The notes beneath the pieces were generated by a model that searched no databases, had not been told where the DNA came from, and saw nothing but the letters and a program-made list of their open reading frames with translations. Positions 12,121 through 23,479 of a stretch of DNA of 64,000 nt are shown here, in pieces (within the stretch, counting starts at the first letter, position 1; each line of letters begins with the position of its first letter). The position numbers and the translations under genes are program-made. Origin of the DNA: Selaginella moellendorffii (taxonomy: Eukaryota > Plantae > Lycopodiophyta); NCBI RefSeq assembly GCF_000143415.4, contig NW_003314450.1, forward strand, positions 1-64,000, read 5' to 3'.

Positions 12121-13804
12121 TGTGAGACACAAAATCCCTAGGCCCCAAAGTGGAGCCGGAGAGGGTGCCACGTGGTAGTGGCCGAAGCGAAAGCCAAACG
12201 AGTGTAACACGTTTGGACTAAAAGCTCTGACTTGGAAGGTCGAGAGCGGGAGTGGAACTCCCAACAAAGTGCTCAAGGAGCGAGCACAAAGCGAGCAATA
12301 AACAAGGCTCCAAAAAGGGACCCAAAAAGGACCAACACATGACACGTGGAAGTGTCCGAGATGGAGTCCGAGGCGGACCCGAGTTGGAGTCCAAGATGGA
12401 GTCCGAGATGGAGTCCGAGATGGAGTCCGAGATGGACCCGAAGTGGAGTCCGAGATGGAGTCCGAGATGGACCGAGATGGAGTCCGAGATGGACCGAGAT
12501 GGAGTCCGAGATGGACCCGAGATGGAGTCCGAGATGGACCCGAGATGGAGTCCGAGATGGACCCGAGATGGAGTCCGAGATGGACCCGAGATGGAGTTCG
12601 AGATGGACCCGAGATGGAGTCCGAGATGGACCCGAGATGGAGTCCGAGATGGACCCGAGATGGAACCGAGACCGGGACCGAGACCGGGACCGAGACCGAG
12701 ACCGAGACCGAGACCAAGTCCGAGTCCGAATCCGGGACCGAGACCGAGTCCGAGTCCGAGTCCGAGTCCGAGTCCGAGTCCGAATACTAATACAGGCAGT
12801 TGGGTGAAAGCCCAAAGTGATCGTCCCCCAGGGGGGGCGGGGGGGCCTGCGGGGGGTTCCAAAAGTATAGTAGGGAGAGTGTGGGAGTTGGATCCCAGTG
12901 GAGCCAGTTTGGCCAGGAAAGGCCAGTTTGGCCCAGGAAGGCCTAACCCAGTGTTGGGTGATGAGCTGACCACTGGGAAGTCCAAGACTAGAGTGGACAT
13001 GGACCGACAAGCGGGGTAGCTTGGTGAAGTGTTCAAGAGCCGGCTCTAGTTCCCCCGGGAGATCGACTGGCCGATGCTCCCAGTCCAAGTGTGGGTGGCA
13101 CTACCTACTTGGATACCAGGCGTGGCTCAACGGAACCTCGCTCTAAGCCCATGGCTAGAGCACCCAAGGGTGGAAGGCGGGGAGAGGAAGGCCGCGTAAG
13201 GCCACGGTGTTCCGAAATGTTGTCCCAAAGGCCCAGACTGTGGAAAGGAAGAGGAGCAGTCCTCTGGGGTAGTGACCAAGGACACAGTTGTGTGGTGAGG
13301 AAGTCCCAGAGGACCGTGGGACTTAGTGGTCGGACCTGTGGGCCTCAATCCAGTGGCAATTTTGGCAAACACGGTCAGGGGCAAAAAGGGACTTAGTGGA
13401 GACTGACAGAGGGATATTGGGGAAGGTTATTCCCCTTGTCGGTGGGCATCCTAAGGATGCTAAGGAGTGGATCTGAGATGACCACTCACGAATGGATTGC
13501 CTAGTCTTGGAGAGCCAAGACTGTGATGCAAGTGGTATTGGACTACCAGTGTGGCAAAGGTGATTGGGCATGGCCTTAGCATAATAGGCTGCCATGTCGG
13601 TGGTACCTTTGAGTGTCGGTCATGGGATCGGACACGTGGAGCACTTGGACCAAGTGCAAATGTTGAGTGGCATAGATGCCATTCTCGGGGCTAGCAAGTC
13701 CCAAGTCCTGAATTGGACTTATGGAGGTGGTGAATGAGACTCCTCCAAGTGGTCGGAGGTGTGGTTAAGTGACTAAAGTAAAATGGAAAAATTAGTCGCT
13801 TACA
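12121..13804 (+). repeat. 5' LTR (1684 bp)
   Basis: tgtgagacac...ttagtcgcttaca; repeated at 17944. Confidence 0.92.
12355..12783. repeat. Composite minisatellite inside the LTR
   Basis: Arrays of GAGATGGAGTCC (12 bp) and GAGATGGACC(C) (10-11 bp), followed by GAGACC/GGGACC and GAGTCC hexamers. Confidence 0.95.
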
Positions 13805-13807
13805 ATT

Positions 13808-13819
13808 TGGTATCGGAGC
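13808..13819 (+). promoter_or_regulatory. Primer-binding site (initiator Met-tRNA type)
   Basis: tggtatcggagc, 3 bp after the LTR-terminal CA (consensus tggtatcagagc). Confidence 0.9.
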
Positions 13820-14099
13820 TGTTCCTTAGTCCGACTTTTATTGGTGCTCAAGTATATCACCATTGATATTAGCATCGGAAGATCCTAGGAGTGGGTCTAT
13901 CCTTGAGGAGTAGCACGTCGAGAGGACATGGCTCTCCACTCGAGTTCATGCATGAACTTGGGCGCGATGTGGTGGATAGAAAAGGGGTTAGTAAGGGAAC
14001 GACTTTGGGATCTTGAGAACAATATATGGTTTTCCTCAGAGAGTTGAGCATGTGACCCAGATGAGCGTTTGACTTAGCAAACTGGCTAATGTAGTTGTG

Positions 14100-17000
14100 G
14101 TAAACAACTACAGTTGGGATCACGGGAAAGATAAAGACTCCAAAGCAATAAAGGAGTCACAAGATTATCCTCATATAGTTGAGGTTGGTGCTCATGAATG
14201 TGAGACCAAAAGTAATGACTGTGGGAGGTCAAATACGGAAGAGGACTCAAGTCCTTGAAATGGTAGCTGGGGCTACCTTTAATAAATGCTGGAACAACCC
14301 AAGGAATTGGGGGGTGTACTTAGAGATGAGTGGTATTCTCATCACATGGACAAGTAGTCCTAAGGGGCAAAGGTTGCCCCAGAGAACAAAATCAAGTGTC
14401 AGAGTAACACTTGTGAAAATAGTCCTTTTGAGTAGGACAGGAATGCAAGAAGTGTATTCCAGTGAGCTAGTGCCTCACAAGTGGGACCTTACGGGTCTGT
14501 GGATTAACCAAGTCCAAAACTGCTGGATGACTCAAGTAGAGTCAAGGAATGGTTCTAAAAGGACTGATGGAAGCATTTGGACTGAGGTGTGTTGTACCCC
14601 ACGAAGGATTAGGGGAGGATCATAGGATCCAAGGATGAGAACAAAGGGTATCTCATCGATGGCAAAATGTGCCATGCTAAAGTTATGGGAAAGGTGTTCC
14701 CAAAAGAAAACAACTTTGATACAAAGTTGTGTGTGACCTCTATGGTGCAATGCTAACGGATGGTTGGCATGAGAAAGAGCGGTGTTGGTCTTGGCAAAGA
14801 CTTAAACACGAAGGGGAAGTGTCATAGAGGTAGGCTCGTGGAGCCGATGGTGTGGAGACACCAAATGTGCCAAGGTGTGATACCTTGAGGCTATGTTCGT
14901 GGGTTCATGAGAACCCCTTGTCAAAGGAATCCCAATGGAAATGGGAATGGCATAGCCTAAGCTGCAGAGCATGCAGTTGGAGTGTGGTGACCCAGATAAT
15001 GATGGAGGTGTGGAAGCACCAAGCAATGAGTTGTAGGACTTGACAACTATGAGGCAACTAAGCAAGAGGTGCAAAATAACTGGTTAAACGGGTAGAAGGT
15101 AGCTACCCAAGACTTCTTAATAGCATAGGGAAGTTGGATATACCCTTATGGAGGATAAGTTGCTTGTGTTGCGATATAGTAAGTCAATGTCATAAAAGGA
15201 AATACTCATTGTCAAGAAAGCCATCATTGGGACACCCGAATACTCTAGAACACCAAAAGGTGGTGTTTGATGTCGCGAGGGCAATGGATAAGGCCCAAGG
15301 GACTAAATCCCTAGCGAATGATGGATAGAAGGTGCTATCCAAATGTCCAAGGTTGTGGAGACAGGAGAAGACTGTCTACTTGAGTTGGACAAAGCAAAAA
15401 ATAGAACTTTGGCAAGGCTAGTGACGGGCATGTAAAGGCCCATAAGCAACAATGTAATCCCAGTGTGTGGGATTATAAAGTGAGTATACCCAGATTGAGG
15501 AACCACTCCCTGGGCTATTGGGTAGGTTCATCCCTAGGAATACTTGCTAAGGCATGATAGAAAGTGCAAAGCTATCCTCCTGGTCTGGAGGAGAATGACC
15601 GAAGGAAATATGCGAAGCCAAAAGCAAGAAGTAAGGGGATAGAACCGAACCATAGGAATCGAAGGGCATAACCAAGGTTGGTTATGCCAGCTGGGAGTGG
15701 AGAATTAAGTGGGGGCTCGAGGGTTGTTGCCGCTAGCAACCGTGATGCCATGGAAAGTCTAAAATATGGAATTGTCCATGTTAGACTATGTGGCAATTGG
15801 AAAGCTTGCAAAAAGGGAGGCCTTAGCAAGCTAAAGGACAGAGTTCCTTCAAGGTTCCCAAAGACGATTCTAAGTAGCTTAGTACCTAGAAAGGCCAAGC
15901 GTAAATGGTTCATAGAACGCGCGAAATCAGAGTGGCGCAGCAGAAGCGTGGTCTTGAAGCTTGCCATGAGGCAAGGCTATCAAGGTTAGGGAAGTAGTTC
16001 CCGAGTGTTCAAAGAGAGGGCTTTGAACGAAAGTCGATGGTCAAGGACTTTCACGCTTGTGCAAAAACTATGTTACAGTGGTCAGAGGACTTGCCAAGCG
16101 AGATTCGCAAGTCAGGGGAACAAATACCCTAGTTGAAGGTGACAACTTCAAAAAGGGTGGGCCATGGGGCCAAGCGTGGAGGAGTCCATGCATGATCACA
16201 GACTTGTCAAGTGAGAGGACTTGACAGTGTGGAGGAACTAAGTTCCTAAGCTGTGATCTATAGCGCGCTTTGAGTAAAAGTTGGTGCACCGGCGTGGGGA
16301 GTCACGCCAGGCATCCTGGGTGATGCCGTTCGTATACGGAGGTTGGGTTCGAGTCTCGACCCTCTAGTGCTTGGGTTCGAGTCCCAACTCACTAGGGCAT
16401 GGTGATGGTTTGGAATATGAAGATACTCATTTTTCGGTGGTCATGGACTCTCAGTGTGGAGACTGGTTTGGGCACACCGCCAAGCGAGGGATGCCTCGGA
16501 GTTGTGATGCACGGTTAGATTGCTTAGTGTGGCTCAGCATATCTAACTTGAACACTTTGGTGCAAGTGGCACCAAGGACGTGGTGAATGGGGACACCTAG
16601 TCTCAGTTGCTATGAACCCTTGGCCGGAAGGGCTGGCTTGGGCGCACCGCCAAGTGTGGGGGATGCCCCCGGGGTCGTAGTTAACAAGTTAAAGGTTTGG
16701 AAGATCTAGTACCTATTGGCAAACCTGTTAAGATGCCGAGGTGAGATCACTAGGTGATCTTGTGGCTAAATAAGGACAAGGTCCTTGTTTGGGGTAAGGA
16801 ATAAGGTCCTTAGTTCAAAGTGTTGATTTGAACTATTGAGGATGGTGTGGCTTGGTCAAGGTGACCAAGTGGGGAAAAGCACCTTAGGGAAATGAGCTAT
16901 GTCATTGCGATGGCATAGTGTGTCCAAGGAAAGTAGTCTCTATAAGAGACCCATGGGAGGGTCACAAAGTTGGGCCGTGAATAGAGCCCACAGCAGAAAA

Positions 17001-17330
17001 TGCTAAAGAGACTTACTAGGGGTGAACACCCTAGTCTTGGCAAAGCCGAGCCTTTGCTATGGAATCAAAAGAATACATTAAGGAGGGGGGTAGAGATTCG
17101 GTGTTGCTTGATGCAACCATCAACAGATAGGAGCAAAAGATGAGTGGCCAAGATAGGGCCGTAGAATCCCTTGGAAGGAATCCAAGTGGTAAAGTTAGGC
17201 GAGGAACACTAATGTGTTGGAATCTAACAAAGTGCGGGAAAGGAAGTGTGTTTCCAAGGATGGATTCCGAATTGCTCCGATTTGGCGAAAGGGGAAGCTC
17301 AAAGGGAGGGAGCGGTAAGGTAGTCAAAGT
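14100..17330 (-). pseudogene. Highly degraded LINE (L1-like) ORF2 remnant, antisense inside the LTR element
   Basis: Colinear degenerate motifs on the minus strand: FELPLS..GFLP..WPLI..LPPSL, SPLVSL, LDQA, RGI, YTNGIT (16336-16319; TDGIT in the older copy, vs YADD), LSLDKSVI, KALSLNTRELL, FWTWL..CPT..CPCDENTTHL (zf-RVT-like), LLLWSLYLSRD. Confidence 0.55.
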
Positions 17331-17708
17331 ATAGGGCCATGGACAGCCCTAGCACAAAGTATGATAAATGGAACTTAGTGCCCAAGGTGGCAAAAAATAG
17401 AAGAGAGGATGATGGTGCCCTCAAGTAAAGAACTTCCTAGGATGGGGAAGTGGAGTTGCACAAAATGTGCAATGCAAGGTGTTGGAGACATCTAGGAAAT
17501 TGACTTTTAGAAGTCAAAGAGTAAAAGTTCCAAGGTGCAAACGTTCCATAGATGGAAATTGAGACTACTCGAGAAGGAGTAGTGGGATTGACTTAGAGAA
17601 GGGTCTCTAAGAGGTTTAGCGAGAACTAAACCAATAAAAGGAGAGAACCACTACATATGGTCCAATCAATCTCTAAGTTGGAGAGACTACCCTCCTTAGA
17701 GGATGGGC

Positions 17709-17841
17709 AAGGCATAGTGAGCCTTTAGTGTCAAACCATTGATGAATATGCAGAAGGCATGGTGAGCCTTCAATGTTAAACCATTGACGAATACGGAGAA
17801 GGCATGGTGAGCCTTTAATGTCAGACCATTGACAAATATTG
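17709..17841. repeat. 45-bp tandem repeat x3
   Basis: aaggcat(a/g)gtgagcctt..ccattga units start at 17709, 17754 and 17799. Confidence 0.9.
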
Positions 17842-17943
17842 GCTAGGTGCCAAGGATGGAAATGGTAACACATGCGGGTGTTACTTTATAAAATGGTTTA
17901 CCGTTCAATGAGGATATCGAACTTCGTGTATGGGTGGTGGAGT

Positions 17944-18975
17944 TGTGAGACACAAAATCCCTAGGCCCCAAAGTGGAGCCGGAGAGGGTGCCACGTGGTA
18001 GTGGCCGAAGCAAAAGCCAAACGAGTGTAACACGTTTGGACTAAAAGCTCTAACTTGGAAGGTCGAGAGCGGGAGTGGAACTCCCAACAAAGTGCTCAAG
18101 GAGAGAGCACGAAGTGAGCAATAAGCAAGGCTCCAAAAAGGGACCCAAAAAGGACCAACACATGACACGTGGAAGTGTCCGAGATGGAGTCCGAGGCGGA
18201 CCTGAGTTGGAGTCCAAGATGGAGTCCGAGATGGAGTCCGATATGGAGTCCGAGATGGAGTCCGAGATGGAGTCCGAGATGGACCGAGATGGAGTCCAAG
18301 ATGGACCCGAGATGGAGTCCGAGATGGACCCCAGATGGAGTCCGAGATGGACCCGAGATGGAGTCCGAGATGGACCAAGATGGAGTCCGAGATGGACCCG
18401 AGATGGAGTCCGAGATGGACCCGAGATGGAGTCCGAGATGGACCCGAGAGAGATCCGAGATGGAGTCCGAGATGGAACCAAGACCGGGACCGAGACCGAG
18501 ACCGAGACTGAGACCGAGACCAAGTCCGAGTCCGAATCCAGGACCGAGACCGAGTCCGAGTCCGAGTCCAAATACTAATACAGGCAGTTGGGTGAAAGCC
18601 CAAAGCGATCGTCCCCCAGGGGGAGGGGGCTGCGGGGGGTTCCAAAAGTATAGTAGGGAGAGTGTGGGGGTTGGATCCCAGTGGAGCCAGTTTGGCCAGG
18701 AAAGGCCAGTTTGGCCCAGGAAGGCCTAACCCAGTGTTGGGTGATGAGCTGACCACTGGGAAGTCCAAGACTAGAGTGGACATGGACCGACAAGCGGGGT
18801 AGCTTGGTGAAGTGTTCAAGAGCCGGCTTTAGTTCCCCCAGGAGATCGACTGCCCGATGCTCCCAGTCCAAGTGTGGGTGGCACTACCTACTTGGATACC
18901 AAGCGTGGCTCAACGGAACCTCGCTCTAAGCCCATGGCTAGAGCACCCAAGGGTGGAAGGCGGGGAGAGTACCCA
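17944..18975 (+). repeat. 3' LTR, truncated
   Basis: Near-identical to 12121-13190; preceded by PPT-like atgggtggtggagt. Confidence 0.9.
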
Positions 18976-20705
18976 GGTCCTCCAGAAGCTTCACTCTTGA
19001 AACTTCAACTCAAAATATCTCCTGATCCACACGTCCAATCTTCTTGATTTTTGGCTTGTTGGAAATCCCTCACTGAGCTCTTCAACCTTCCTGAAATCTT
19101 TATATCTGAAATCTTAATTGCATGCGAGGTAATTACCAAGAATTTCTCGGCTCCAAAACCACTTGAACTTCACCAACTTTAGCTGCATCTCCCCTCTAGG
19201 GCTCTAGCATGCTACTTCACTTCCTTTTGGACTTCCTCCAACTCACAAACCACACAAATCTCCAAAAAACAAGGGAAAAATGCAAAGTGAGTCAACCTTC
19301 TCAATTGACACCACTCCACGACAAAACTGGCGACAGTCCCAGGAGCCTCTGAAAGCTAGGACATCCTCAACCTCACCATTTACCTCTCCAAGTCTCACTT
19401 TGATAACCACTCTCAACTTCTAGTTGAAACTTCATCATCACCATATTTGCTGGAAATTGAGGTCTTAAGCCTCAACAAGTGGCAACTGCAGTGGGATGCT
19501 CTTCTTCTAAGTTAAAGCAAACTCACAAATCCCTCACATTGAGCCTAGGCATTTTTCATTCCCATAGAAATGCCTTGGGCTGAAATTATAATTTTTGGCT
19601 TTGTTGTTCTATGTTTAACAATCTTTGCAGTGCAATTTCTTGCAACATAGAGCTCCATTTCTCTTGTCATTTCTTTCATCTGATACATCTCTTTCTCAGT
19701 TTTCTTTTGAGGTGGGGCCTTCTTGGGTCAAGATGTTATAAGAATTAATGCATGCAAGAGTTTTTCGGTCATACAGGATAAGATTCTTGAGTTGTTTACA
19801 CACAATCTATTATTGTTTTTTGGTTTTTCTTTTTCTAGGGTTGTAGCGTATTTGAGAGCTTTCCAATGAGTTTAATCTTGAGTGATTCCATGAGCTAGAG
19901 CATTTGTTCTTTGCAAAACTCCACTGTGTAATCTCATCTTAGAGAGAAAAAGAAAAATCTTGAGAGTTTTTCTTTCAAATCATGGCTTTTTTTTTTGTGG
20001 GTTCTTGTTGTGATAATTTTTTATTAAACTTGCAAAAGGCATGTTTCTCCCTCACAAGAAAGCTTTCTTTGTGCTTTCTCCTCTTTTGGGCACAAACTCA
20101 TGTGTCATGGCCATTTTTAGAGTGATTTTTGAGTGTTTCCAGCTTTCTATCCATCATCAAGCAACCTTATTTGGCTATGATTGACACATTTATTCTTCCA
20201 ACATAACAATCTCCTCTTTCATTTATTGGTCTTTTAAATCGTTGTGACAATGCCCGACTTGGCTCTTGCTGAATGGCTTGGTTTTGGGAGTATAGTGGTT
20301 CTTTTCAACTTCAAACTCTATTTAGATTGTGGCTCCTAGGCTCTTTCAACATTCAAAAGTGCTCCAACTTGAAGGGATATCATGCACTTTTCACAATCTT
20401 TAAGGTTATGGGTTCTTGCCATATTAGGGTCTATAACAATCTCTTATGGTTGCTTGTTGCAGCTAGTGGCCAAGATCCTCAAGATTCTATAGTTTAGAGG
20501 TGAGATTTTGAGAATATTCTATCTATAAAATGTTTTAGTTTAAGAGAATATTCTACCTAAATATTCTTTGTGTGTGTATAAAACCCCAAGAGTTCTAAGG
20601 AGAAAATAAGGTTTTTTTTTCTACATTTGCTCCCATAGCTTGTAGAGAAAAGCATAGAGGTCTTGAGCTTTATCATTACAGCTTGTTAGTGGTAATATAG
20701 TGGTC

Positions 20706-21217
20706 TGTAAGCCACAAATTTTTCCTTTCCAATTTGCCAACTTACATCATCTATTCAACCAACATTGCTTTAGCTTTTAGTTAAGTTCCCTTTCCAAGGT
20801 TCCCGCCTATTGTACCAACTCCTACTTGGTCCTACTTAGTTTCAACTACTCACTGCACGAGCAATGAAGTGTTAGCCATCCATCCACGGATTCCCAAATC
20901 TCTCCCAATCCTCCTCCTTGGGTTAGACTGGATTTAAGGTTCGGCTACACTCCCCATAGGCACAAACAATTAAGCACACCAAGCCTCCAAGTTCTTAACA
21001 TCCCTTGGTACAACAAGACTTGATCATAGGACCCTCTAAATCCCAAGCCTTGGGTGCAACACTTGCTTCAAGATGCCGGGGTGAAACACCGTAGCCTAAC
21101 GGCCTGGTATGGGTAACTCATAGTCAACTTGGTCCCATCCGATGAACTCTTTATCATTTTGGTCATGCTTTCGGGGATCCTTTAGTCTATGACACCTTGG
21201 GGAGTTGGTTCCTTACA
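20706..21217. mobile_element. Solo LTR (512 bp) of another family
   Basis: Termini tgtaag...cttaca (6-bp inverted); flanks tggtc / tggcc form a 5-bp TSD with one mismatch. Confidence 0.75.
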
Positions 21218-23039
21218 TGGCCTTAGGATAATGATCTTAAATTTAAGAGTGTTCATGAGGAGTTAAATCTTTAGAGTGTTTTCTTAATAGGTTGAGAGAG
21301 TTTGAGGGAAAATTCTAAAATAAAAGAGAGTAGTTTATATCTTATTAGTGGCTCTAAGTAAATTGAATCAATAGAAGAGCATTTTTGTCTTCCCTCTTTT
21401 GCAAGAGTGTGATAGTAGAGGAGTTAGGGGCAATTGCATCTTGCTTGGCACTTTAGAGCCTCTATTCTATTAATTCTAAAGTGGCTTATGGCTAGCTAGT
21501 GGGAACACAATGGCCCCAAGCTGTCCTATCTCCTTTGAGTGCACTTTATCATCCTTTCTTATATAAAATTCTTCTTGTGCAACACAAAGAATCAAGGCTC
21601 TTGATGTTGTAGCCATAAGAATCTTGAAAGAGATAGAGATAAAATATTGTGATTCATAATATTTCAAATGGTTGTATAAAACACCCATGAGGGTGAAATA
21701 TCAAGATTTTGTGCTTTCAGTCTTGATTGGCAAAAAAGAGCTGCCACAAAAAGGAGGATTGAAGTGTTAGACCTCAACATAGTGAACCCAATATGATACT
21801 AGTCTTTTTTTGGTTTTTTATTAATAGAGAATATTCATAGGGTTTAGAGTAGTGAACTTGATTTAGGATAATTAGAAAGCAGTAGGATGTCCTCCTATTT
21901 ATTAATCTTGGGGGTGTGTTATTGGAGTTATGCTTCACAATGCATAATTTAGAGCTAAAATGGAGGAGTTTTAATCAATTTCTTTTAGTTCTCATTTCTC
22001 TTTTAGTGAATTTCTTTTTGTAATTTAAGTTCAAGTTTTTTGGAGAGATTGAACCAATTCATTTGATGGGCTTTTAGATTTGGCAAAGTGCTATTTAAGG
22101 AGTGATTTTTTGGATATAAATTCATTGGGAGTTATGATATGCATATGTTTTTCTTTTAAAGAAAAAACATAATTCTAAGATGAAGCTTTGCATGGTGAGA
22201 ATTCTTTCCGTCTTATCCATTCTTGCAAAATCTTATTTCTCATATTTACGCATTTCCATTATTTTTGCTAATTTCTTTCTTTTCCATATTGTGGTAATAT
22301 TAAGTGTTTGGAATTCATTTTCATTGTTGTTTGTTGCATAATATATGCCATACTTTCCTATTTCATTTGAGTTATGCCATTTTCATTTTCATAGAGTTTT
22401 AACCAAATTTGAATTATTTTCTCTTATACTATGTTGTTGCATATGTGTAAAGTTTTTATCTTTCTTGCAGTTTTATACATCAAGTTATAGATCATTTTGT
22501 GATCTTTCATTCCCATGTTAAATCATTAGATTTGATGTCTAATTTTACAAGATTTAACTATTTTTCTTTAGCCTTCACTCTTATTTAAGTGTAGCCACTA
22601 TTCTTGTGAGTTTTTTCTTTCCCATTTATACTCTATTTTTGTTTTTCTTTTGTGTGAGAAGAATGACTTGGCTTCCTAGATTGATATTGAACTGTTTTCA
22701 TAGTAGAAGTTTTCAATAGAAAAGGGTGACACTTATTTTCTTTAAAGATATTTTAATATCTTGGTTTGTTTTTGAAATTTAAGTCACAACTATTTATTTT
22801 GGTGATAGGCTTTGGTGAAGGTATTACTTTATAATAGGGAAGTTCTATTTATCTTGATCATCATCTAATTTAATATGGATATTTCTATATGTTAGGCTTT
22901 TCATGGTATCATGTTTGAAAGTAGTAAACTTCTGAGCTCATACTTGATTCTCTACTCCTAACTTAAATAATTACTTTTGGTTGAGTCCTTCGATTCATGT
23001 TGTTCAATTCTATCCATTTATTATTTGCTTTTATCTCCA

Positions 23040-23478
23040 CATATTCCTTTTGCTTATTCTTAAGAGGGTAAGTTTGCATACTACTATACCTTAGTAAATA
23101 TTCTTAAAACCCTAAGATCCGAGGGAACATACCCTTTCTTTGATTCCCACCAAGTCAAAATTTCACTTATAGAAGTGTTTATCAACATTGTCATTGGGTC
23201 AAAGTCTAAAGGCCTATTTACTAAGTTACCTTTGGGACTTCTTCACCATATAACTATATATTTAAGCAAGAGGACCACTTCTTTTTATTTCTATTGTCAT
23301 GCATTTTAAGACAATATTTTGAACACTACAACCTAACATAAGTTTTGTGAGTACTTTCCTCACTTTCAATCACTAGCCATATGGCTAGAATAATGTTCTA
23401 ATGAATTACGTAAAAGTTCCAATTAGGTAGTGCCACCCATATTTAAATTGTGAGTATTGACCATTCAATCTCCCAAAG
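23040..23478 (-). mobile_element. Very old family-A LTR fragment
   Basis: Contains aggtagtgccaccca..gaccattcaatctccc and other blocks matching the reverse complement of ~13060-13500; strongly AT-shifted. Confidence 0.65.
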
Positions 23479-23479
23479 T

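Larger units (their letters stand above)
12121..18975 (+). mobile_element. Non-autonomous (LARD-like) LTR retroelement, family A, youngest copy
   Basis: 5' LTR 12121-13804 (TG..CA), Met-tRNA PBS, 4.1 kb internal region with no gag/pol motifs on the sense strand, and a purine-rich tract before the 3' LTR. The 3' LTR starts at 17944 and is truncated at ~18975. By hand count, 6 differences in the first 237 bp of the two LTRs. Confidence 0.9.

Noticed and set aside
12355-12783. CRISPR-like repeat array
   Set aside because: Contiguous tandem units without unique spacers, no cas genes, and eukaryotic context.
12112-13088. Long overlapping ORFs encoding RS/RD/PR/MESE repeats (also 3974-4667, 8491-8906, 17905-18819)
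   Set aside because: Artefacts of stop-free satellite arrays inside LTRs; open in most frames.
14179-14625. Possible gag ORF after the PBS
   Set aside because: No ATG at the annotated start and no gag or zinc-knuckle motif; better explained as the antisense of the LINE remnant.
18976-23040. AT-rich tract, probably decayed retroelement DNA
   Set aside because: Apart from the solo LTR, no termini or protein motifs could be supported.
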